This document shows positions 54,779 to 63,178 of a DNA stretch of 64,000 nt, piece after piece (position 1 is the first letter of the stretch; each line of letters opens with the position of its first letter). The stretch comes from Phycisphaerales bacterium. Lineage in GTDB: Bacteria; Planctomycetota; Phycisphaerae; Phycisphaerales; UBA1924. The position numbers and the translations under genes were made by a program. The stretch is from the NCBI GenBank assembly GCA_007693785.1, contig RECY01000034.1:5627-69626 (forward strand), given 5' to 3'. Below the pieces are notes generated by a model. It was not told the origin of the DNA, searched no databases, and worked only from the letters and a program-made list of their open reading frames with translations.

Positions 54779-56596
54779 TCAGTCCACAAGGCGCAGCTGG
54801 GCGCGGACACGGTCCGCGTCGCGCGACCGCCCGTGACGGGCGAGTTCCTCGATCAGCATCTCGTGGATCCGGTAGTGGTTGGACTGCACCCGGAACGCGT
54901 CGCCGGCGTCGCTGGGCGCGCGCACGCGCCGGGCCGCGTCCTGAAGGTACGGGAGGAACTGATCTCGACGCTCGTTCCGGTCGAGCAGGTCGCGCATCGA
55001 GATCAACGCGGCGACCGACATCGGGCCGTCGTTGAGGAACCGCTTCACGATGTCCTCGTACGCCGACCAGGCGTGATCGCGACGCCCGGCCCCCTCCCAC
55101 ATCCGCCCCTGATGAAACCGCACGGCGCTCGCCAGGTCCGGACGGGCGCGGTATCGCGAGAACGCCCAATCCCACATCCGCTGTCGCGAACGCACGTCCG
55201 CCTCGGCGCCGATCAGCGCAACGAGCAGGTCGAACGAGAAATCCTGGTGGGCCGTCCCGCACAGACGCATCAGTGACTGCGCCCAGTCATCGAGCTGACG
55301 GCTGGTCATCTCCCCCGACGCCCCGAACGACGCGACCACCACCCACGCCTCCGGGACGAACGCGCACCGCGTCAACGCGAGGCGAAGCAGACCCAGGCGG
55401 TCGTCGATCCCGCCCGTCCGGGGCTGGCGGAGCGTCGCGCGCCTCTGCACGCCCTCGACCTCGTCCGGCGCTTCGAACGCGCGCCCGCCCCGGTCGCGGT
55501 CGCCACTCGCCGACATGCGCCGGGCCGTGAGCGCCGCGCCCATGGAGGCCCGGATGTCATCCGCGGGCGCGTTCATCAGCCCGCCGAGCAGACCGACGTG
55601 CCCATCAGAAATACGCTCGCGGCTCTGCGGGCAGATGATCTGCCCGCGCAGGTTCTGATAATCCCGGTACCGGCCCTGATCGAAATCCCACCCCGCACGC
55701 TGGCGCGTCTCGAGATAGCCGATCCACGCGTGGGCCACCTGCGCCCCCGCTGCGCTGACATAGCACGAGGGGATCCCCGTCGCCTTACCGACCATCTCCG
55801 CGAAGTACGCCTGGTCGGCGCACACGCCGCCGTGCTGCTTGATCGACTCGATCCGGTAGTTGCCCGCGGCGGTGACGCGTTTCTCGGTGCCGCGTCGGAA
55901 GGCGTCGTTGTCATAGCGGATCTCGAAGAACCGCCGCCCGGGCGAGGGGTGACGCCCGTACTGGCGCATCGCCCACTCGAGCTGCTCGATCGGCTCGGTC
56001 ACGCTGACCACGTGGACCAGCAAAAGCGAGGGCATGCGCGCTGGGTCGTGCTGCAGCGATCGCGCGTGGCGCACGAAGTAGTCGAAGGCATCGAGCGCCT
56101 CCGGCGCGCGCACGGTGTTCTCGTTGATCCGGCGTGTCCAGGGGCGGTCGTGGACCACGCAGACGGCGGCCGCGAGGTTCGGGTACCGCTGCACCTCCCG
56201 CTCGCGCGACTCGGCCAGTCGCAGCGCCAGACCCATCACGCCCGCAGCGTCGTTCTGATCGCGGATCAGCAGCCCGAGCTCCGTCGCAAACGCCGGCGAC
56301 CGCCCCACCGCCCCGAGCGAGCCGAACCGGGCCTTCTCCGCGGTGCGAAGGATCGACAGCGTCCCCTCCGCCCAGCCGACCGCGGCGAGCTGCGAACCCG
56401 ACGCCCACCCGCTCGCAAGATCCGCCACCTCGACGGCTTCCGCGAGGCTCCCCTCCACCCCACCCGGCTCCGAAGCTGCGAGCAGAATCGCCGCGCACCG
56501 CGCCCGAACCGACTCCACAAACACGTCCGCCCACGCCGAAACGCCGGCAGCCGCGAGCGCGACAACAACCACAAACCCCTGAATGCGTCGATCCAT
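54779..56596 (-). CDS. transglutaminase-like cysteine protease superfamily protein
   Basis: ATG at 56596 with a signal peptide. Core GGVCADQAYFAEMVGKATGIPSCYVSA......HAW is a Cys/His transglutaminase-like signature. Confidence 0.6.
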   Translation of the reverse strand: MDRRIQGFVVVVALAAAGVSAWADVFVESVRARCAAILLAASEPGGVEGSLAEAVEVADLASGWASGSQLAAVGWAEGTLSILRTAEKARFGSLGAVGRSPAFATELGLLIRDQNDAAGVMGLALRLAESREREVQRYPNLAAAVCVVHDRPWTRRINENTVRAPEALDAFDYFVRHARSLQHDPARMPSLLLVHVVSVTEPIEQLEWAMRQYGRHPSPGRRFFEIRYDNDAFRRGTEKRVTAAGNYRIESIKQHGGVCADQAYFAEMVGKATGIPSCYVSAAGAQVAHAWIGYLETRQRAGWDFDQGRYRDYQNLRGQIICPQSRERISDGHVGLLGGLMNAPADDIRASMGAALTARRMSASGDRDRGGRAFEAPDEVEGVQRRATLRQPRTGGIDDRLGLLRLALTRCAFVPEAWVVVASFGASGEMTSRQLDDWAQSLMRLCGTAHQDFSFDLLVALIGAEADVRSRQRMWDWAFSRYRARPDLASAVRFHQGRMWEGAGRRDHAWSAYEDIVKRFLNDGPMSVAALISMRDLLDRNERRDQFLPYLQDAARRVRAPSDAGDAFRVQSNHYRIHEMLIEELARHGRSRDADRVRAQLRLVD

Positions 56597-56660
56597 GCCC
56601 GCAGTATGCCCGATCCCCCAGAAAAGGTCGAGCCCAACGCCCAAGCAGCAGGCATCCGAA

Positions 56661-56695
56661 TTTTAAAACGAAGCAAGCCCCGGCATTGCCGAGGC
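56661..56695 (-). terminator. intrinsic terminator directly after the tRNA-Lys fragment
   Basis: Minus strand reads GCCTCGG-caatg-CCGGGGC (one G:U pair) followed by TTGCTTCGTTTTAAAATT. Confidence 0.6.
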
Positions 56696-56704
56696 TTACG
56701 GAAG

Positions 56705-56746
56705 TGCCCCCCGAAGGACTCGAACCTTCAACCCGCTGATTAAGAG
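56705..56746 (-). pseudogene. 3' 42 nt of a tRNA-Lys(CUU): anticodon loop through discriminator, with no 5' half
   Basis: Minus strand reads CTCTTAA TCAGC GGGTT GAAGG TTCGAGT CCTTC GGGGGGC A. The preceding CGGCG cannot pair with TCAGC, and I find no D arm or GCCCCCC acceptor strand upstream. Confidence 0.6.
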
Positions 56747-56948
56747 CGCCGCGAGAACCGCCTTCTAGGGCCCGCCAGAGGGGTTCCGGGGTACCCCATC
56801 TGGCCCCAATTGGACAATCCGGAAGGTACGGGATGAGGTACGCCCAATCACGCAGGGCGCTCCATGAGTAGCGATCAGGGCCAAAAGGCAGCCGCGCGGC
56901 GGCCCGACTATTCCGGTCCGACATGGTTCGGCGCCCTCGCCGACGTGA

Positions 56949-59900
56949 TCAGCGGTTCTCTTCGGGAACCGTCGGGGGAGTGGCGTCCTGGAGCGTCTTT
57001 GTCCACGTAACGATCGTGGCATCGTGCCCGGCCTGCGGCTCGCTCGCGTGCCACGCGGTGTACAGCGTGATGAGTGCCTCGACGCATTGTTGCACGCGAT
57101 GGCTTGTCGGTCCCATGGCGTTCAGGAACAACGTGTAAGCTTCGGTAAGTTTGGCCTCTGCGGCATGGAAATCTTGTATGCCTGATCGGGCAACGCCCAG
57201 ATTCAGCAGAAGCCGGGCGAGTGCGCCGGTATCCCGGATCGCCGCACTCCTGCGAAAAGCGGGCTCGGACGTCGAGAGCAGGTCGACGACCTCAGAATAC
57301 CGCTGTTGTTTCAGGAGCAGATCGCCCAAACTCTGAACCGCAGGCGCGAAATACGGATGATCCTCGCCGAGGGTGCGTGTGACACGTTCGATTGCATCCC
57401 GAAAATACGTCTCCGCATCATCGGGTTGATCGAGTTGAGTCGAGAGCGATCCCATGTTGATGAGCAGAACGAGGCGCTCGGGGTGATCTTCACCGAAGAC
57501 TTCGATGCTCGCGTTGAGCGCCTCACGCAGGAACACAACCGCCTCGGCAGGGCGGTTCTGACGCTGCATGAGAAATCCCATCACGTTATACGATATCAGT
57601 GTGCTTGGATGATTCCGGCCGAGCAGACGCAGGCGCGCATCGAGCGCCGCGCGACAGAGTCGCTCGGCCTCCTCGAAGCGTTCCAGAGGAATCAGGAACG
57701 TCGCCAGGTTGCTCATCGCGTTGATGGTGTTGGGATGGTCACTGCCCAGCACCGCTTCGGACTGCTTCAGCACATCCCGCTGCAGGACTTCGGCTTCCTC
57801 CATCTTGCCGTTGCGGCTCATCGTGGCTGCAAGGTTTCCGATCACTGCGAGCGTGGTGGGGTGCAGGCTGCCCAAGACGCGGCGAGCGCTCTCGACGGCG
57901 AGGACACCAACTTCCTCGGCTTCGGTCAACTTGCCCTGTTGCAGTAGGAGAGCCGCAAAATTCCGCTGCGATTGGATGGTCTCGGCGTGATCGTCCCCGA
58001 GCAGGCGTCGGCGTCGCTCCAGCACTTCCCGCTCGAGTGGCTCGGCGTCCGAGTACCGCCCCTGATCGCGCAGCACACTGGCTATATTCGACATGGCGAG
58101 CATCGTCAGTCGATGATCGTCCCCAAGTATGCGTCGCTGGTCCTCCAGAACCTCACGAAAGACCGCCTCCGATTCGATATATCTCGCTTGATTCGAGAGC
58201 GCGGAGCCGAGCTGGCTGCTGGCGGAAAGCATCAACGCATGATCAGCTCCGAGCCTGTCGAGGTGCTTGTCGAGCAGCCCACGTAAATTTATTTCGGCTT
58301 CTGCGCTGCCACCACGGTCATCGAGAAGTCTGTATTCATGGATACGCGCTTTGATGGTGTCGGGATGATCCTCGCCGACCGAGGCACGGAGTAGCTCGAC
58401 TTGCCTCTGGCATGCGTCCCAGGCGCTGTCGATCAAGCCGAGGTCGCCGTATCGCTCGGCGATCGCGCCGAGAAGCTTGGCCTGAACGAGGGGTTGATCG
58501 GCGAACTGCCGGTCGATCTCGGAGAGCGCGGGCGTGAGGATCGTCGAGTCGATGAGCTGTAGCGCGATGTCGGTGGCGTTGAGACGCGCCCACCCATTGG
58601 CAAAGGCTGCAGACTGCACACCGCGTTCTGCCTCCGGGATGCCGGCATTGATAAGGGCCGCGTCGAATCGCTCCCGTGCATCCTCTGTCAAGCGCAGCCC
58701 GGCGGCGGCGGCGTCGACCTGCGACAGCATTTGAGATTGGAAGTCAGAGACCGCTTGCAACTCGTCCGCCCGCCGCTCGGAGACCGCCTCCGCCAAGACG
58801 GCTCGGTCACGCTGGGCACCGACGAGCTTCGCCTGCCAAGCGAAGCCGACGACGCCGATCAGGAGGGCCACCATCACCGCGCTGGCCGCGGACACATTGA
58901 CCCAGTTGCGGCGTACGAACTTGCGGAGTTGATAGCTCCGACTCGGCGGGGCTGCGAGCACGGCCTCGCCGTTCAGGTACCGCTCGATATCCGCCGCGAG
59001 ACCGCTCGCTGTTTCATATCGCCGGGTTCGGTTTTTCTCCAGCGATTTCATCACGATCCAGTCGAGATCGCCCCGGATGAGCGCATGAAGGCGCCCGGGC
59101 TCGATCTTTCGTGCGGCCGCGACCGAGGCGACGCCGCTGGCGGATTGCGACAGGCGTGTGGACGGCTTCGGGGGGTCCACCTCGCGGATGATGCGCTGCA
59201 TCTCGCCGTAGGCCGCCGAGCGGAGCTCCTTCGCCGAGAAAGGCGTGGACCCGGTGAGCAACTCGTAGAGCAGCACGCCGAGGGCGTAGATGTCGCTGCG
59301 GGTGTCGATGTCGAGGTCGCCGTCGGCCTGCTCTGGGCTCATGTATTCGGGTGTGCCGATGAGCTGGCGGTGCTCGGTGAAGAGCGTCTTCTCCGTCAGC
59401 CGAGCCTGCGTGGTCTTGGCGATGCCGAAGTCGATCACCCTCGCGAGCGGGCGGGCGTCCTGCATCGACACCAGAATGTTGCTCGGCTTCAGGTCCCTGT
59501 GGATGATCCCCTTGCTGTGGGCGTGCTGGACAGCCCGGCAGACCTGCCCAAAGAGCGACAGGCGTTCTCCGATATCCATCGCATGGGTATCGCAGAACTT
59601 GGAGATCGGTTCGCCTTTCACCAGGTCCATGACGAAGTACGGGCGCCCACTCTCGGTCGCGCCGGCGTCGAACACCTTCGCGATGTTGGGATGGTCCATC
59701 ATCGCCAGCGCCTGGCGCTCGGCCTCGAACCGCGCGATGATCTGCCGCGTGTCCATGCCAAGCTTGATGATCTTGATCGCCACTTTCCGATCCACGGGGA
59801 AGCGCTGTTCGGCCATGTACACCGAGCCGAACCCGCCCTCCCCGAGCAGTTCCAGGAGGCGGTACGGTCCGATGGTTGTTCCGGGGCCTTCCTGAACCGG

Positions 59901-60191
59901 GGCGGGACCGAGCGCGGAGGGTCGATCGAACGCTTCCTCGAGCTGCGCCGCCTCCGTGAACCCCGCTGTGGGCGCGTTGAGAAAGTGATCGTCCTCGGCC
60001 GCCGCGATCATCGCCTCGACCCGCTGCCTCAGCGCGACATCACGCCCGCACGCTTGTTCAAGCAGCGCAGCCCGGTCCGCGGATGGTGTCGAGAGCGCGA
60101 GATCAAAGATCCGGCGCAGCTCGTGGTGGTGCTGTTCGCCCAAGGGAACTCCTGTCAAACCCTGCCGGACTCGATCGCTTCGCGGAGCCAT
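56949..60191 (-). CDS. Ser/Thr protein kinase with one TM helix and a long C-terminal TPR array
   Basis: Kinase motifs GEGGFGSVY, VAIK, HRDLKPSNILV, DFGIAK and GTPEYMSPEQ, followed by more than 10 TPR-like repeats. The start is ambiguous: ATG at 60191, a TTG at 60158 forming a TTGA overlap with the sigma stop, or a TTG at 60143 with AGGAG upstream. Confidence 0.85.
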   Translation of the reverse strand: MAPRSDRVRQGLTGVPLGEQHHHELRRIFDLALSTPSADRAALLEQACGRDVALRQRVEAMIAAAEDDHFLNAPTAGFTEAAQLEEAFDRPSALGPAPVQEGPGTTIGPYRLLELLGEGGFGSVYMAEQRFPVDRKVAIKIIKLGMDTRQIIARFEAERQALAMMDHPNIAKVFDAGATESGRPYFVMDLVKGEPISKFCDTHAMDIGERLSLFGQVCRAVQHAHSKGIIHRDLKPSNILVSMQDARPLARVIDFGIAKTTQARLTEKTLFTEHRQLIGTPEYMSPEQADGDLDIDTRSDIYALGVLLYELLTGSTPFSAKELRSAAYGEMQRIIREVDPPKPSTRLSQSASGVASVAAARKIEPGRLHALIRGDLDWIVMKSLEKNRTRRYETASGLAADIERYLNGEAVLAAPPSRSYQLRKFVRRNWVNVSAASAVMVALLIGVVGFAWQAKLVGAQRDRAVLAEAVSERRADELQAVSDFQSQMLSQVDAAAAGLRLTEDARERFDAALINAGIPEAERGVQSAAFANGWARLNATDIALQLIDSTILTPALSEIDRQFADQPLVQAKLLGAIAERYGDLGLIDSAWDACQRQVELLRASVGEDHPDTIKARIHEYRLLDDRGGSAEAEINLRGLLDKHLDRLGADHALMLSASSQLGSALSNQARYIESEAVFREVLEDQRRILGDDHRLTMLAMSNIASVLRDQGRYSDAEPLEREVLERRRRLLGDDHAETIQSQRNFAALLLQQGKLTEAEEVGVLAVESARRVLGSLHPTTLAVIGNLAATMSRNGKMEEAEVLQRDVLKQSEAVLGSDHPNTINAMSNLATFLIPLERFEEAERLCRAALDARLRLLGRNHPSTLISYNVMGFLMQRQNRPAEAVVFLREALNASIEVFGEDHPERLVLLINMGSLSTQLDQPDDAETYFRDAIERVTRTLGEDHPYFAPAVQSLGDLLLKQQRYSEVVDLLSTSEPAFRRSAAIRDTGALARLLLNLGVARSGIQDFHAAEAKLTEAYTLFLNAMGPTSHRVQQCVEALITLYTAWHASEPQAGHDATIVTWTKTLQDATPPTVPEENR

Positions 60192-60742
60192 CCCCGTGCG
60201 AACGCCCACGCTCTCTTCACCGTCGGCTCCGAAACGCCGATCGCCGCTGCCGTTTGCTTGATGCTGAGACCGGCGAAATATCGAAACCGAACGACCCGCG
60301 CGGCTTCCTCGTCGACCTGCGCGAGCCTGCTGATCGCCTCGTCGAGTACGAGGAACCCGGAGGTTTCCGTCTCCGATCCCAGGTCCGGGAGTCGGTTGAG
60401 GTTCACGGCCGCACGGCGCGCGTCGGGCCCGCCGCGGACGGCGGCTGCCCTAGCCCGCGCGTGATCGATCAGAATCCGACGCATGGCCTCTGCGGCCGCG
60501 GCGTAAAAGTGCGCGCGGCTCTGCCACGGCAACTCTCGCGGGCCCGCCAGCTTCACATACGCCTCGTGGACCAGAGCCGTGGCCTCGAGCGTGTGATCAG
60601 GACGCTCAGACCGAAGGTAGTTCTGAGCCGACGCGCGGAGCTGAGCGTACACGAGCGGGAGGAGTTTCTGAACACGCTGCGCGGAGGTGTCCTGTTCATT
60701 GAGCATGATCGTCAGCGCGGCGTCGTGAGTGTCGGAATCCAT
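60155..60742 (-). CDS. ECF-type sigma-70 factor of the kinase-associated (TIGR02999-like) group
   Basis: LLPLVYAQLRASAQNYLRSERPDHTLEATALVHEAYVKL, plus a region-4 HTH (LSIKQTAAAIGVSEPTVKRAW). Confidence 0.8.
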   Translation of the reverse strand: MDSDTHDAALTIMLNEQDTSAQRVQKLLPLVYAQLRASAQNYLRSERPDHTLEATALVHEAYVKLAGPRELPWQSRAHFYAAAAEAMRRILIDHARARAAAVRGGPDARRAAVNLNRLPDLGSETETSGFLVLDEAISRLAQVDEEAARVVRFRYFAGLSIKQTAAAIGVSEPTVKRAWAFARGWLREAIESGRV

Positions 60743-60841
60743 TCATGGATCATATTCCTGATCGGGCGACAGACGGGGACACGGTTCGCTGGTGCCGTCG
60801 GCAGCTGCATAAACCGATTTCCAGCGCGGCGTGCGATAGGG

Positions 60842-61840
60842 TCACTCGAGTGTCCGGCGTTGTTCGGCGTTCCGGAACACGTGCAACCCAAGCTGTGTCG
60901 AGAGGGCTTCGCACACCCGGATCCCGCGAACACTGTTCCCCCCGGTGTTCAGACGGGGGGAGTAGACCGCCACGCCGAGCCGCCCGGGGACCACGGCCAT
61001 GAACCCGCCACTGACGCCGCTCTTGGCGGGGATACCGACGCGGTAGGCCCATCGCCCGGATTGCTCGTAGAGCCCGCAGGTGAACATCACCGTGAGCACA
61101 TCGCGGAGCGAGACGGGCGAGATCGCCCGCGTGCTCGTCCGCGGGTTGACGCCGGCGTTCGCGAGCGTCGCCGCCATGGTCGCAAGCTGGACCGTGTTCA
61201 CGGTGATCGAGCACATCTGGAAGTACAGATCGAGCGTCTCGTCGAGATCGCCGCCGAGCCGCCCGAAATTCCGCATGAGATACGCGATCGCGCGGTTCCG
61301 ATCCGCGGTGCTGCTCTCGGAGATAAAAACACCCATGTCGATCGCAGGGCGCTCGCCGATGTGCAGCGCGATGGCTTCGAGAGCGCGGTTCAGACGGTCG
61401 GTCGGATCGTGGCCGGGCAGAAGCCCGGCGATCGCGATCGCGCCGGCGTTGACCAACGGGTTCATGGGCCGGTTCGTGCCCCGCTCGAGCACGACCGCGT
61501 GGTAGGGGTTGCCGGTCGGCTCAACGCCCACGGCTCGTTCGACAGCGCTGCGCCCGAGCTGGTCCAGCGCCATGCCGTACATGAACGGATTGGCGATCGA
61601 CTGCAGCGTGAAGCCGGTGTCGGCATCGCCCACCGAGAAGACCTCGCCCTCGCACGTAACCACGCTGATCGCGAATGTGCCCGGATCCACACGCGCAAGC
61701 TCGGGGATGTAGGCGGCAACCTCGCCTTCGGTGTTGCCGGACAGTTCAGCGTGCAGGTCGTTGATCGCGGCTAGAATCCGGATGCTGGGTCGGCTGGAAC
61801 GCAGCAGGATGGTCCGGTCGGTCTTCTGGGTGGGAATCAT
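60842..61840 (-). CDS. glsA: glutaminase A
   Basis: YIPELARV, FTLQSIANPFMYGMAL, NPLVNAGAIA and [11 protein letters not shown]. Confidence 0.9.
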   Translation of the reverse strand: MIPTQKTDRTILLRSSRPSIRILAAINDLHAELSGNTEGEVAAYIPELARVDPGTFAISVVTCEGEVFSVGDADTGFTLQSIANPFMYGMALDQLGRSAVERAVGVEPTGNPYHAVVLERGTNRPMNPLVNAGAIAIAGLLPGHDPTDRLNRALEAIALHIGERPAIDMGVFISESSTADRNRAIAYLMRNFGRLGGDLDETLDLYFQMCSITVNTVQLATMAATLANAGVNPRTSTRAISPVSLRDVLTVMFTCGLYEQSGRWAYRVGIPAKSGVSGGFMAVVPGRLGVAVYSPRLNTGGNSVRGIRVCEALSTQLGLHVFRNAEQRRTLE

Positions 61841-62020
61841 GCGGTTGATCCTTGTTGAATTCGGATGACGCGGTCAGACGGACACGGATTCGCCGTGCTG
61901 TGAAATATCGAGACCGATGGCCTCATCCGCATGGCGGACACAGATAACCCCGGGCCGCAGGTGCCATCAGCAGCACCAGCCCAACACCGATGATGATGAA
62001 CGCGACGCCCCCGCTGTTGT

Positions 62021-63154
62021 TCACGCCGTGGCCTCCGACGTGCTGCGGGCGTGACCGTTGGCCTCGGTCGGGTTCGACATCTGAGCGCCCGCGGCCAGTT
62101 GACCTTTGGCGCTGGCGTCGGCGTCGAGCATCGTGGGCGGCGCGTCAGACGATGCCCAGGCGCCGGGTGAGGTCAGCGTAGCGTCGAACATGTGCATGCC
62201 GAACTCGGAGGAAAGATCCTGGCAGACGCGGATGCCGCGGACCGTGTTGCCGCGTTCATCCAGGCGTGGCGAGTACACCGCGATGCCGAGCTGATTGGGC
62301 ACGACCGCGATGATGCTGCCCGAGACGCCGCTCTTGGCCGGCAGCCCGACCGAGTAACCCCACTGCCCGGCATAGTCGTACATCCCGCATGTGTACATCA
62401 CGGTGAGGATGTCGCGGAGGTACGCGGCATCCACGGCGCGCACGCCCGTGATGGGGTTGACGCCGTTGTTGGCGAGCGTAGCCGCCATCATCGCCAGGTC
62501 CCGGCAGTTCCCGAGGATCGAGCACTGCTGGAAGTACAGGTCCAGGATCTGATCGACGTTGCTGCCGATCATCCCGAAGTTGAGCATCAGATAGGCAATC
62601 GCGCGGTTGCGGTTGCCCGTCGTCCGCTCGGACATGAACACGGACATATCCACCTGGACCTGACGCCCGAAGTATCGCCCGAACATGTCCAGGATCCGGT
62701 TCAGGCGCGTCGTGGGATCGTCGCCTTTGATCAGGCTGGTCGTCGCGATCGCCCCCGCGTTCACGCACGGGTTGTGCGGGCGGTTGGTCGCGTCCAGCTT
62801 GATGATGGAGTTGAACGCGTCCCCGGTGGGCTCGACCCCGACCCGCTCGAGCACCGCGTCCCGTCCGTGGTCCTCGAGTGCTAAGCCGTAGATAAACGGC
62901 TTGGAGACCGATTGGATCGTGAACTGACGCTCCGCGTCGCCGATCTCATAGACCTGCCCGTCTGCGGTCACCACGCAGATTCCGAACCAGTCCGGGTTCG
63001 CCTTGGCGAGCTCGGGGATGTACGTCGCGATGTCGCCGTCTCGCAGATCGCGGTAACGAAGATGGAGCTCGTTGAGGGCCGCCAGCACCCGGAAGTGCGT
63101 GGTGCTGGTGGCGACCGAGATGATCTGGGGCGTTTCCTGCTCGTGTGTGCGCAT
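62021..63154 (-). CDS. glsA: glutaminase A paralogue with a ~50-aa C-terminal extension
   Basis: [34 protein letters not shown] and [11 protein letters not shown]. Confidence 0.9.
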   Translation of the reverse strand: MRTHEQETPQIISVATSTTHFRVLAALNELHLRYRDLRDGDIATYIPELAKANPDWFGICVVTADGQVYEIGDAERQFTIQSVSKPFIYGLALEDHGRDAVLERVGVEPTGDAFNSIIKLDATNRPHNPCVNAGAIATTSLIKGDDPTTRLNRILDMFGRYFGRQVQVDMSVFMSERTTGNRNRAIAYLMLNFGMIGSNVDQILDLYFQQCSILGNCRDLAMMAATLANNGVNPITGVRAVDAAYLRDILTVMYTCGMYDYAGQWGYSVGLPAKSGVSGSIIAVVPNQLGIAVYSPRLDERGNTVRGIRVCQDLSSEFGMHMFDATLTSPGAWASSDAPPTMLDADASAKGQLAAGAQMSNPTEANGHARSTSEATA

Positions 63155-63178
63155 GCCGGTGCTCCTTCGGGCAAGTTT

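Noticed and set aside
56690-56830. A complete tRNA gene, a two-piece (permuted) tmRNA or a standard tmRNA 3' end around the GGTTCGAGTCC T-loop.
   Set aside because: No D arm or complementary 5' acceptor strand lies within 150 nt upstream. The acceptor strand GGGGGGC does not fit the G:U-containing tmRNA acceptor. No tag-peptide reading frame or encoded CCA is present. I report only a 42-nt tRNA-Lys 3' fragment.
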